A DNA stretch of 35,702 nucleotides from Promethearchaeota archaeon (lineage in GTDB: Archaea; Asgardarchaeota; Lokiarchaeia; Sigyniarchaeales; SOKP01). This document shows positions 8,146-17,230 of this stretch, in pieces (position 1 is the first letter of the stretch; every line of letters begins with the position of its first letter). The stretch covers positions 1 through 35,702 of the forward strand of contig JAUWHC010000002.1 of NCBI GenBank assembly GCA_030606095.1, read 5' to 3'. The position numbers and the translations under genes are program-made. Under the pieces are notes generated by a model that was given only the letters and a program-made list of their open reading frames with translations, did not search any database and was not told the origin of the DNA.

Positions 8146-9684
8146 CTAAGAGGCAAATTTCACAATATAACTACTAATCTCATAATTAGGTAAAATTTTA
8201 TCGACATTTCCCTTTTTAATGGCGTTTTTTGGCATACCATAAACGGCACACGTTTCTTTAGATTCCACTATTGTTTTTCCCTTAAACTTTTGGATAACAC
8301 CAAGTCCTACAACGCCATCTACACCCATTCCGGTTAGTAAAATCCCTAATACTCGGCGTTTATACATTTTAGCCGCAGAAATAAATAATACATCTATGGA
8401 AGGCATACAAAAATTCACAGGGGTTCCAATAAATGTTTTTATACATGGTTTTTCCGCTTTAACTATAATTTCCGTGTGTTTCCCACCTGGAGAAATGTAA
8501 ACAACGCCATTTTGAAGGAATTCGCCATTTTCTGCTTCTTTTACTTTAACTTCACATTCTTTATCTAATATACTAACGAAATTTTCAATAAAATTTGCAT
8601 TTAAATGTTGGACAATCATAATTGGACAAGATATATTTTTGGGAATACTTTTTAATAATAAATTTATTGTTTTTACGCCTCCTACACTAGCTCCAATGAT
8701 GACAATATTAGAATTTATCCGAACATTCTTAATAGTTGAAAAATCAAGAGCATGACTTATTGTTTTCTCTTGAACTTTATAAGGTTTAACCTGATTCGTT
8801 TGAAGAATTTCATCATTTTTAGTTTTTAAAGGAATGGGCTCATACTTTGTTGAAAATTGCTTCTTTATAGCTTTATTTTTTAATCGATCTTTTAAACTTT
8901 TTTGAGCAATTTTAATCGATGCATTTTTATTATAACTTATGATGCTTTTTTTTTCAACCTTTTTGGATACCTTTTCAACGAGATCTTTGTTACTTGCTAG
9001 ATTCTGATCTTTTTCTATTTTTCTATGATTTTCTTCAGACAGATATTGGATTTTTTTTAAATCATCGAATGATTGGCTTAATTCATAACTTTCTTCTGAT
9101 TTCTCTTTCTTAATGGGGATTTCTTCTAAAATTTCATCACATTCTTGGATAGAGCTTAACTTATTAATATATTTACCGAAATTAAAAATATCGTCAATTA
9201 TTTCTTGACGAAGTGATGTTTTTTTACTTTTTTCTATTAAGTTCGTATGGGACTTTTTTAAAGGTGATTGATTTGCTAATAATACTTTGGAAAGTAATTC
9301 TTCTTTAAATTTTGGTAATTCTTTCGCTCCCAGACCTCCTGGTTTAATGATATAATCAAACGCACCAATTAATAGTGCTTGGATAGATGAATCCATATTT
9401 TGAGGACTTAATGCGGATAATATTATCGTTGGAGTTGGATATTGGTCCATAATTACTTTTAATGCATCTAACCCATTTATTTCGGGCATTATTAAATCTA
9501 GTATCAAAACATCAGGATTGTATTTCCTAACCATTTCAATAGCTTCTTTTCCGTTTTTAGCACAATCAATGACTTCAATTAATTCATTTTCTAACAAGAT
9601 ATCGCGAATTTTTTTTCTTAAGTATGCTGAATCATCTGCTATTAAAACTTTAATTGTCAAAAATCTCACCTGAGCGAAATGCAT
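8146..9684 (-). CDS. cheB: Chemotaxis methylesterase CheB (REC + CheB esterase) with an unusually long linker
   Basis: N-terminal REC (KVLIADDS, VLILDLIMPE, IILSAL, IIKPG). C-terminal esterase with catalytic Ser in IGASVGG, His in MIVQHL and Asp in TGMGVDG. About 185 aa of K/E/S/N-rich linker (aa ~138-322) lies between them. Confidence 0.9.
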   Translation of the reverse strand: MHFAQVRFLTIKVLIADDSAYLRKKIRDILLENELIEVIDCAKNGKEAIEMVRKYNPDVLILDLIMPEINGLDALKVIMDQYPTPTIILSALSPQNMDSSIQALLIGAFDYIIKPGGLGAKELPKFKEELLSKVLLANQSPLKKSHTNLIEKSKKTSLRQEIIDDIFNFGKYINKLSSIQECDEILEEIPIKKEKSEESYELSQSFDDLKKIQYLSEENHRKIEKDQNLASNKDLVEKVSKKVEKKSIISYNKNASIKIAQKSLKDRLKNKAIKKQFSTKYEPIPLKTKNDEILQTNQVKPYKVQEKTISHALDFSTIKNVRINSNIVIIGASVGGVKTINLLLKSIPKNISCPIMIVQHLNANFIENFVSILDKECEVKVKEAENGEFLQNGVVYISPGGKHTEIIVKAEKPCIKTFIGTPVNFCMPSIDVLFISAAKMYKRRVLGILLTGMGVDGVVGLGVIQKFKGKTIVESKETCAVYGMPKNAIKKGNVDKILPNYEISSYIVKFAS

Positions 9685-9727
9685 CGGTGTTTAATGCATT
9701 TTTTGAAAAACTTCTTTCATTTTACAT

Positions 9728-11935
9728 TTAAGATTGGAGATATTTACTCGAAATATAAGTTATCGCGCGATCAATGTTTTCTTTTGAAAGATTGATTTCT
9801 TTCTCTATCTCTTCAGAAATAGCATCTGTTTCAGACTTAATATTAAATTTTATTTTCGAAAATTTTTCATCTAAATTGAAATCAACAAATTCAAATCCAT
9901 TTCCTTGATAAAATTTAAAAAAGAATTCGTAAAAATGAAGCCTAATTGTATTTACAAATGCTAATAATCCTTCAAAAAGAATTATTATTACATTTCCAAA
10001 GATTAAACCACCTATCTTTAATATTTCAATGATTATGAAATCTCCTTGCATCAATCCGATTATTGCTTGAACCGAAATCATTAAGGCAATGTGTGCTAAT
10101 GCTAAAGCCAATAATCTTAAATATGAAGACATGTTACTCAAGACTGATAAGAATGTTTCAAAAGTTTCCATAGAACCTTCTCCTAGTAACGAGCTGTATG
10201 ATTTTTCCTTTAAATATGAAATAGATAATGTTTTACCAATAGGTTTTGAAACCAATAGAAGTAAACCAGGTATTAATGGCAATAAAATTGGATATGGATA
10301 AATCAACCATGAATTGATATCAAAACCCCAACTAAGGATTAGAAATGATCCTCCTGTTAAAAATAAAATCTTGAATAAGGAGTCTGTAATTGATAAATAT
10401 TTTTTATTATTTCTCCAATAATTTAAGAATTGCAGAAACCAACCTAAATTAATGTGGATTAATCCAACGATAATTACAAACTTAAGAAGTGTCGTTATAT
10501 TATTCAAAGGATTCTCAAGTAGAGGTTCAATATGCGTACCAAAAAGAGAGTGTTGTCCAAAAAACTCACCGTATAAAAATCCCGCAAAAATAGCACCCCA
10601 GCCACAATAAAAAATAACCCATGAAATTGCAGCAACATTTTTTTTACGATTTCTAAAGAGGATTCCTCCTATTAAACCTGCAATTACTAAACATAAACCA
10701 TGACCGATATCTCCAAACATTAAACCAAATAATAATGGAAAAGTTATAGCAATAAAAGGAGTCGGATCAATTTCGGAATACGATGGAACGCCATACATCT
10801 TTGTTATTATTTCAAAAGGTTTAAAAAATCTGTTATTCTTCATTATTTTCGGAGTTTCACTTCTTAGATCTTTTGATATTTTATTTTTATCATAAGATTT
10901 TTCTTTCTCCACTTTTTCTTTTAATTGAATGTCCTTTACGATTAGAGTTTTTGGAATATTTATTGACTCAATTACGATTTTATCGTTAAAATTTTCATTA
11001 AGATCTTTCTCAATTTCATTTTTCTTATTTAGAGAGCAATAAAATTTGAGAAGTAACTGAGACAAAGAAAAATATTCAAACTGATTTTCAGCCCAAATAT
11101 AATTCTCAATATTTTGAACATTTTCATGCATTGTAGCAAATTTCAATAGATATTTTTCCTTCATTTCTTCTAACTCTTTTTTATACTTCCATAACGTCTT
11201 GTTTATCTTACTTATCTCTTTTTCTATCCGAATAAAATTTATTTTATTGTAAGCCAAGTATTTTTTTAAAATATGTATTTCTTTAGCATGGATAATATCA
11301 ATCTTTTCCTTAAAATCATCTTCCTTATCTTTAGGATAAATTATAAAAAAAGCAATTCGTTCATTAGCTATTCTTTCTGTGCGGTAAAAATTCGGAAATT
11401 CAGTTACCTTGAAGAGTGATTTTAAATTTTCGAGATTTTTTGAAAAAATTGTAAAAACTTTAAATTTTAGTTGATCGAAATAAGTTAAACTAAATCGATT
11501 TAAATGAAATTTATCCAAAAATTTATAACAACTTTCCAGAGTCGTTTTATCCTCTAGCTTAATTTTAGCGTTATCTATATATTTTTCTAACTCTATAATG
11601 CGGTTATTAAAAGAATTAACATCATCTGATATTTTGTCTATCAATTCTTCTGTATCATTTACCTTTAATAGAGTTCTATCATTTTTACTAATATTTAATT
11701 CCGAAAATGCAGATTCATCAATGTTTAGCTTTCTACATAATATATTAAAATCATACCTTAATTTTTTAATGCTTTCTGTTAATGGATCGGTATTTTCCAC
11801 ATTAACCTTTAATTGCCCTCCTGATTTTGGCTTTATATGTACATTATTTATTTGAGAAAGGTGATTTAATAGACTATTCTTATAATTACTATCTATAAAT
11901 ACATTGATCAAACATAATTCAGTTGAATTTTTCAT
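9728..11935 (-). CDS. atpI: A/V-type ATPase subunit I (a-subunit, membrane stator)
   Basis: 735 aa. Soluble coiled-coil N-terminal half and a multi-TM C-terminal half with the conserved motif SSYLRLLALALAHIAL (essential Arg context) and the terminal NTIRLHFYEFFFKFYQGNGFEF. Carries a C-terminal extension of about 50 aa. Confidence 0.9.
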   Translation of the reverse strand: MKNSTELCLINVFIDSNYKNSLLNHLSQINNVHIKPKSGGQLKVNVENTDPLTESIKKLRYDFNILCRKLNIDESAFSELNISKNDRTLLKVNDTEELIDKISDDVNSFNNRIIELEKYIDNAKIKLEDKTTLESCYKFLDKFHLNRFSLTYFDQLKFKVFTIFSKNLENLKSLFKVTEFPNFYRTERIANERIAFFIIYPKDKEDDFKEKIDIIHAKEIHILKKYLAYNKINFIRIEKEISKINKTLWKYKKELEEMKEKYLLKFATMHENVQNIENYIWAENQFEYFSLSQLLLKFYCSLNKKNEIEKDLNENFNDKIVIESINIPKTLIVKDIQLKEKVEKEKSYDKNKISKDLRSETPKIMKNNRFFKPFEIITKMYGVPSYSEIDPTPFIAITFPLLFGLMFGDIGHGLCLVIAGLIGGILFRNRKKNVAAISWVIFYCGWGAIFAGFLYGEFFGQHSLFGTHIEPLLENPLNNITTLLKFVIIVGLIHINLGWFLQFLNYWRNNKKYLSITDSLFKILFLTGGSFLILSWGFDINSWLIYPYPILLPLIPGLLLLVSKPIGKTLSISYLKEKSYSSLLGEGSMETFETFLSVLSNMSSYLRLLALALAHIALMISVQAIIGLMQGDFIIIEILKIGGLIFGNVIIILFEGLLAFVNTIRLHFYEFFFKFYQGNGFEFVDFNLDEKFSKIKFNIKSETDAISEEIEKEINLSKENIDRAITYISSKYLQS

Positions 11936-11951
11936 TTTTAATCGTCCTAGT

Positions 11952-12554
11952 TTAGTTTATTTTTTTTTTGTTTGAAATTATCTTTTTTACAAATCTAATC
12001 CTAATTGCCTTTTCTCTCTCAGCTTCTTCCAAAAATTCTTTTAACCTTTTAATAGTTACTTGTAATTCAGGAACTATAATGTATTTCAATCCATTTATCC
12101 TATTATTTACTCTTTTATAGTATAAGGCAAATTTTAATATCTTATCTTCACTTTCTGCTAAAAAGATGAGAATCCTAAAAAATTCCTTTAAAATAATAAT
12201 CAAATCGTCAAGGTTATGGGTTGTATCTAAAAAAGAATAAGAGGGAAGTTGTTCTGAACTTGTTAATTCAAATTCAATCTTTGGTAATAAAATTCCATGT
12301 ACTTTTTTATTTTTTATACTAATTAATGGTTTATGTTGAAGTTTACTTATTTGGCTAATTTCAATAAATTTTAATTTTCCCATTCCACTATAAGTTTCAT
12401 GTAATTTTAATATAAGTTTCTTAAACAAAATTAAAAAATCATCTTTTAAAGTTTGATATTCGGGCCAAAATTTCTTAATTTGAACTATTATTTGTTCTCT
12501 GTTATAACCTAAAAAATTTTTTCCTTTAATAGCAAAATTTAATTTTGTTTGCAT
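11952..12554 (-). CDS. atpD: A/V-type ATPase subunit D (central stalk)
   Basis: 200 aa. The N-terminus KLNFAIKGKNFLGYNREQI matches the subunit D signature (L.lA.rG..LLk.KRdeL). Position after subunit B. The conserved N-terminal helix appears to continue upstream of the first ATG (see finding at 12555-12602). Confidence 0.8.
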   Translation of the reverse strand: MQTKLNFAIKGKNFLGYNREQIIVQIKKFWPEYQTLKDDFLILFKKLILKLHETYSGMGKLKFIEISQISKLQHKPLISIKNKKVHGILLPKIEFELTSSEQLPSYSFLDTTHNLDDLIIILKEFFRILIFLAESEDKILKFALYYKRVNNRINGLKYIIVPELQVTIKRLKEFLEEAEREKAIRIRFVKKIISNKKKIN

Positions 12555-12610
12555 GCTAGCTAAATTTGATTTTGTAAATTTAATCGCTCTAAAACTAATT
12601 TTTTATTCAC

Positions 12611-13999
12611 CTACAAAGATTCTTTATAATTTTGATCTATAAATTTCTGATGAATTCTGAATAATTGATTTTTAGGTAAAATAGATATTACATCCCATAA
12701 GATTTCAAATGTTTTCTCAAAATCTCTGTTTTCATCTAATTCTTGATTTATAAACCTCTTTTCAAAAGCATTTGCAAATTCCAATAAAGCCTTTTGATCA
12801 AAATTTAGCCCTTCCGCTCCAACTATAGAAACTAATTCTTGAATTTCAAGAGCACTTGAATACGATGCAAGGGCCTGTGAGCTTACATCTGCATGATACT
12901 CTTTTGTATGTTCTTTTCCAATTGCATCCTTCATTAATCTTGAAATTGAAGATAAGATCTCCATAGGTGGATATATCCCCTTTTTATACAAATTTCGATT
13001 GAATACAAGTTGGCCTTCTGTAATGTAACCGGAGGTATCTGGAATAGGATGAGAAATATCATCGTTTGGCATCGTTAAAATTGGTATTTGAGTTATCGAT
13101 CCTTTATTATTCTTAATTTTACCTGTTCGTTCATAGAGAGAAGCAAAATCACTATATAAATATCCAGGAAATCCTTTTCTACAAGGAATCTCTTCTTTAG
13201 CAGCGCTTACTTCTCTTAATGCTTCAGCATAATTTGTCATATCAGTTAAAACAACGAGTACTTGCATTTCTTTTTCAAAAGCAAAATATTCTGCAGCTGT
13301 TAGAGCAATCCTTGGTATCAACAATCGCTCCATTATAGGATCATCCGCAAAATTAATAAACGAAATGATATTTTGAATATTTCCACTATGTTGAAATTGT
13401 TTTATAAAATACAATACATCATCTTGAATAATTCCAATTCCACAAAAAATTATTAAGAATGGTTCCTCAGTTAATACTTTTGCTTGGCAAACGATTTGTG
13501 CCGCTAATTTATTATGAGGCAAACCTTGTCCACTGAAGATAGGAAGCTTTTGTCCTCTTATAAGAGTAAATAATCCATCAATTACAGATATTCCTGTCTG
13601 AATTATGTCTGAAGGATATTCTCTAGCGAAAGGATTGATTGGAGTTCCATTAATAGGGAGTTCTATATCAGATAAAACATTTGTATCTGATACTTTTCTC
13701 GTATATAAATCAAGAGGCTTTCCCAATGAATTAAATGATTGACCAATCATATCTTCTGAAACCCTTAATTTAAGGGAATCTGCTGTAAAATTAATTTCAG
13801 TATTTTCGGGAGATAATCCTGTATTATCTTCAAATATTTCGATAATTATAGTATTTTCACTAATTTTCACTACTTGTCCGGTGCGAATTTTATCTCCTGT
13901 ACGGAGAATTACAATTTCACCATACTTAACTTTATGCTTGTTTTTCAAAAATAACAAAGGTCCGAGAATTTGTTCTATTCTTTTATAAGTAAAGCTCAT
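12611..13999 (-). CDS. atpB: A/V-type ATPase subunit B (non-catalytic)
   Basis: 462 aa. YKRIEQILGPLLFL...GEIVIL...TGQVVKISENTIIIEIFEDNTGL N-terminal barrel, SGQGLPHNKLAAQI, and VLTDMTNYAEALREVSAAKEEIPCRKGFPGYLYSD. Its ATG overlaps the subunit A stop (ATGA at 13996-13999). Confidence 0.95.
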   Translation of the reverse strand: MSFTYKRIEQILGPLLFLKNKHKVKYGEIVILRTGDKIRTGQVVKISENTIIIEIFEDNTGLSPENTEINFTADSLKLRVSEDMIGQSFNSLGKPLDLYTRKVSDTNVLSDIELPINGTPINPFAREYPSDIIQTGISVIDGLFTLIRGQKLPIFSGQGLPHNKLAAQIVCQAKVLTEEPFLIIFCGIGIIQDDVLYFIKQFQHSGNIQNIISFINFADDPIMERLLIPRIALTAAEYFAFEKEMQVLVVLTDMTNYAEALREVSAAKEEIPCRKGFPGYLYSDFASLYERTGKIKNNKGSITQIPILTMPNDDISHPIPDTSGYITEGQLVFNRNLYKKGIYPPMEILSSISRLMKDAIGKEHTKEYHADVSSQALASYSSALEIQELVSIVGAEGLNFDQKALLEFANAFEKRFINQELDENRDFEKTFEILWDVISILPKNQLFRIHQKFIDQNYKESL

Positions 14000-15837
14000 C
14001 TCTTCTCTAATGCTCCATATATTAATTTTAATGAATTTATTTCATTAAATAATTCATTTTTTAAGTTCGAAATTTTATTGAACTCATCGTTCGGAATGGT
14101 ATAATTAATTCTTCGCAATTTAGAAATAACTTCAAGCTCTTTTATATCTTCTAAGATGAATCCTTGTTTCAAGAGATCCCTTCCCTCTTTATCCAATAAA
14201 AGAATAAGTTTAATGAAAGCTATCAATTTTTTAGTGTCTGTATAGCAATCGATAAGATCAAATGCATTTTGAATTAGAAATGTATTTCTAATTAATTTCG
14301 CTATAAAAATAGTTAGTTGTTGTTCCTCTGGTAAGTTTGTCTCCCCTATTAATTGAGTTATATTTTTTAAATCATTTTCACGAGATAAAATTGCATTTAT
14401 TTGATTTCTACACATATTCCAGTCAATATCCATCTCGTGCCAATGGAGGTCTCTCTTCTGCCACCACTCTGATAAATACTCGGGATAATTGGAATAGGAA
14501 CTAAGCCAATCAATAGCAGGATAATGTTTTGAATAAGCAAGACGAGAATCTAATGCCCAAAAGGCTTGTACAAATCGTTTTGTAGTGGATGTAACAGGTT
14601 CACTAAAATCACCAGAAGGTGGTGAAATTGACCCAATTATTGTTAAAGAACTTATTTTTTCTTTTTTTGAAGCGTCACACCCTATATTTTTTACAACACC
14701 TGCTCTTTCATAAAAACGTGATAGTCTTGATGCAAGGTATGCAGGATAGCCCTCTTCAACAGGCATTTCTTCTAATAATCCAGAGATTTCTCTTAATGCT
14801 TCAGCCCATCTTGAAGTACTATCTGCTAAAACTGCAACATCATATCCCATATCGCGGTAATATTCTGCTATTGTAACTCCTGAAAAAATACTTGCTTCTC
14901 GCGCAGAAACAGGCATATTTGAAGTATTAGCGAAAATGATTGTTCGTTCTAATAAAGAATGTCCGCTTTTTGGATCTATAATTTCAGAGAATTCTTTCAG
15001 AACATCAGCTATCTCATTTCCTCTTTCACCACACCCAATAAAAACAATAACATCTGCATTACACCATTTGGCTATACTTTGTTGGATAACTGTTTTTCCG
15101 GTCCCAAAACCGCCTGGAACGGTAACTGCTCCCCCCTTTGCAACTGGAAATAATAAATCTACTACACGTATTCCTGTAATTAAAGGCTCAGAGGGATTTA
15201 TTAGCTCTTGATAAGGCCTTTTTTCTGTAATAGGCCATTTTTGTAGCATTCCAAAAGATTTTTCTATATTATTTTGTTCTATTCTAAAGATTTCTTCGAT
15301 TATGGTATATTCTCCTTCCTCAGCAATAAAGGATAATACCCCCGAAATATTAGGGGGCACCATAATTCTGTGTTCAATTATCTTTGTTTCTTGTACTGTA
15401 CCAATAACATCTCCACCTTGTACATCTTCACTTATTTTCCGTTTTGGAACAAAATACCACTTTTTTGTTCTTGATAATGGAGTTAATTCAAAACCCCTAT
15501 TTAAAAAGCCCTTTCCATTAGATTTTTCAAATGCGTCTTTCAAAGGTCTCTGAATGCCGTCAAATATATTTGCTAATAAACCAGGGGCTAATTCCATTGA
15601 AAGAGGTGTTCTTAAATTAATAACTTTCTCATACAATTCAAGATCGAATGTATTTTCATAACATTGAGCAACAACACGATCATTAAAAATTTGAATTACT
15701 TCCCCCAAAATATTATATTTTGAAATTTTAACTAAATCATGGATGCGAATTTGATTTCTAAAACCTTTAATTTCTATTAAAGATCCATTTATTAAAGAAA
15801 TATAACCAAATTTATTATCCTCTTTAGATTTGATCAT
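13996..15837 (-). CDS. atpA: A/V-type ATPase catalytic subunit A
   Basis: 613 aa. Walker A PGGFGTGKTV, CGERGNE, Walker B region VAVLADSTSRWAEALREISG, and PAYLASRLSRFYERAG. Carries the A-type non-homologous insert in the N-terminal third. Confidence 0.95.
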   Translation of the reverse strand: MIKSKEDNKFGYISLINGSLIEIKGFRNQIRIHDLVKISKYNILGEVIQIFNDRVVAQCYENTFDLELYEKVINLRTPLSMELAPGLLANIFDGIQRPLKDAFEKSNGKGFLNRGFELTPLSRTKKWYFVPKRKISEDVQGGDVIGTVQETKIIEHRIMVPPNISGVLSFIAEEGEYTIIEEIFRIEQNNIEKSFGMLQKWPITEKRPYQELINPSEPLITGIRVVDLLFPVAKGGAVTVPGGFGTGKTVIQQSIAKWCNADVIVFIGCGERGNEIADVLKEFSEIIDPKSGHSLLERTIIFANTSNMPVSAREASIFSGVTIAEYYRDMGYDVAVLADSTSRWAEALREISGLLEEMPVEEGYPAYLASRLSRFYERAGVVKNIGCDASKKEKISSLTIIGSISPPSGDFSEPVTSTTKRFVQAFWALDSRLAYSKHYPAIDWLSSYSNYPEYLSEWWQKRDLHWHEMDIDWNMCRNQINAILSRENDLKNITQLIGETNLPEEQQLTIFIAKLIRNTFLIQNAFDLIDCYTDTKKLIAFIKLILLLDKEGRDLLKQGFILEDIKELEVISKLRRINYTIPNDEFNKISNLKNELFNEINSLKLIYGALEKR

Positions 15838-16570
15838 ATTCTTTTAAATACACCTCTATGCTATCTCTTTGCTTTTCAATAATTTCTTCAAAATTATGTT
15901 CTTGTATTTTAATCTCAGAATCAGATACTGCGCGATTAAAATCTCTCTCTATTAAAATAGAATTGTTTTGTATTAACTGATCAATCGAATAATCAAAAGA
16001 AATATCTTCTTCTGGGAATAATATTTTAAAACCACCTAAAAAATCACCGTTTTTTTTGATTTCTATAGAATCTTTAAATATTTCTGCAATTTCATTAAAT
16101 TTGTTATGAAAATATTCATAATCGTTAGTATTAAACAGCAAAATAATATTATGTAAAGTATCTTTATTTTGAGTGGATATATTTCGGTAAAATGTTTTAA
16201 GCGCGTTTAATACGAATTTTTCGTATATGTCAGGGTTATTTTTAATTTTTTCTCTTAAAATAACACTTAAGTCTGATTTTAAATTATCAATTAATTTTTT
16301 CTTAAAATCCATTAAATCTTCTTTTATCTTTAAAAAAGTTGAAGCTAACTTATTATTCAAAAAATTATAGTAAGTCGTTTCAAAACGACTTTTATGTTTT
16401 TTATAATCTTCAATAACTTTTTCCATATATCTTTTTTTGATTTTTGACTTTTGGAAAATTGTTAGTTGATTCATTTCTTGAATTTCTTTTTGAGCTTTTT
16501 TAATTAAATGTAATCCTAATATGCCAAATGGCGTCCGTAAATTTTGATTATCTTCTTCTAAAATTATCAA
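15824..16570 (-). CDS. atpE: A/V-type ATPase subunit E (peripheral stalk), long form
   Basis: 248 aa with a TTG start 8 nt after the subunit F stop. Long N-terminal helix (LIKKAQKEIQEM...) and a C-terminal globular part GGFKILFPEEDISFDYSIDQLI typical of subunit E. Overlaps atpA by 14 nt. Confidence 0.7.
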   Translation of the reverse strand: MIILEEDNQNLRTPFGILGLHLIKKAQKEIQEMNQLTIFQKSKIKKRYMEKVIEDYKKHKSRFETTYYNFLNNKLASTFLKIKEDLMDFKKKLIDNLKSDLSVILREKIKNNPDIYEKFVLNALKTFYRNISTQNKDTLHNIILLFNTNDYEYFHNKFNEIAEIFKDSIEIKKNGDFLGGFKILFPEEDISFDYSIDQLIQNNSILIERDFNRAVSDSEIKIQEHNFEEIIEKQRDSIEVYLKEYDQI

Positions 16571-16578
16571 TCATTCTC

Positions 16579-16893
16579 CTAAAATATAATTTTATTAATT
16601 GATTTTAATATCTCATTAAAATAAATATCTGCTTCAAAATTGGCATTTTGGTCAAGTAGAAAAAATATAAACGGACGTCTTTTGTTTAATTTAAAATCAA
16701 ATAAAAATTCAACGATGGTAGTAGGCAAGTTTAGAGCTATAATAATCATACCAATTGAAGGGTTTTTTATAAGATTATTAAAAACATCCAAAAATTCTTC
16801 TGAATTTTTAAGAATTGTGCCATCGATCCCCAAAAGACCAAATAAATATATAATCTCTTGATAACCTAAAACATGAATTTCTTGGTCATACAT
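16579..16893 (-). CDS. atpF: A/V-type ATPase subunit F
   Basis: 104 aa. EIHVLGYQEIIYLFGLLGIDGTIL...IGMIIIALNL matches the subunit F pattern (i.viGd.d.v.GF.LaGi ... giI.it). Its ATG shares one base with the upstream stop (TAATG at 16893). Confidence 0.7.
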   Translation of the reverse strand: MYDQEIHVLGYQEIIYLFGLLGIDGTILKNSEEFLDVFNNLIKNPSIGMIIIALNLPTTIVEFLFDFKLNKRRPFIFFLLDQNANFEADIYFNEILKSINKIIF

Positions 16894-17204
16894 TAAAATT
16901 CAAAACCTAATTGTTTTATTATTGAATTAATTATTTTTAATCGATTTTCTTCATATTTTACTTGAATATTTTCTATAGATTGATTATAAAAAACCGTTAG
17001 TTTTTCCATTCCATTATTTACTTCTTCTAAAAGCAACTTTAAATTAGAATCTACAAAGTTTCGCTTTTTCTTAATTTTAAAGTCTATTAACTTTTCTTCT
17101 TGAGCCTTAAATTTTTGAATATCCGCCAAATTTTCTTCCTTAGCTTTTTCTATGAGAAACTTATAAGTTTCTTCAATATCCTGTACCCAATCAAAAATAT
17201 CCAT
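16893..17204 (-). CDS. Small coiled-coil protein, probable peripheral-stalk subunit H/G-like
   Basis: 103-aa, almost entirely helical K/E-rich ORF inside the ATPase operon and translationally coupled to atpF. Assignment rests on size, composition and position only. Confidence 0.4.
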   Translation of the reverse strand: MDIFDWVQDIEETYKFLIEKAKEENLADIQKFKAQEEKLIDFKIKKKRNFVDSNLKLLLEEVNNGMEKLTVFYNQSIENIQVKYEENRLKIINSIIKQLGFEF

Positions 17205-17230
17205 CTAAATAGCACCTTTTATCTTTAACA

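Noticed and set aside
9685-9727. Search for a proteolipid (K/c) subunit gene after atpI, and also in 18302-18719
   Set aside because: The 43-nt gap cannot encode one, and the 418-bp leader has no ORF of suitable length or hydrophobicity. I record the absence as a finding rather than forcing a call.
10089-16861. Plus-strand ORFs antisense to ATPase genes (10089-10301, 11598-11855, 14619-14876, 14936-15211, 14959-15153, 15302-15553, 16640-16861)
   Set aside because: They are shadow ORFs opposite strongly conserved atpI/A/F coding sequence and have no recognisable features.
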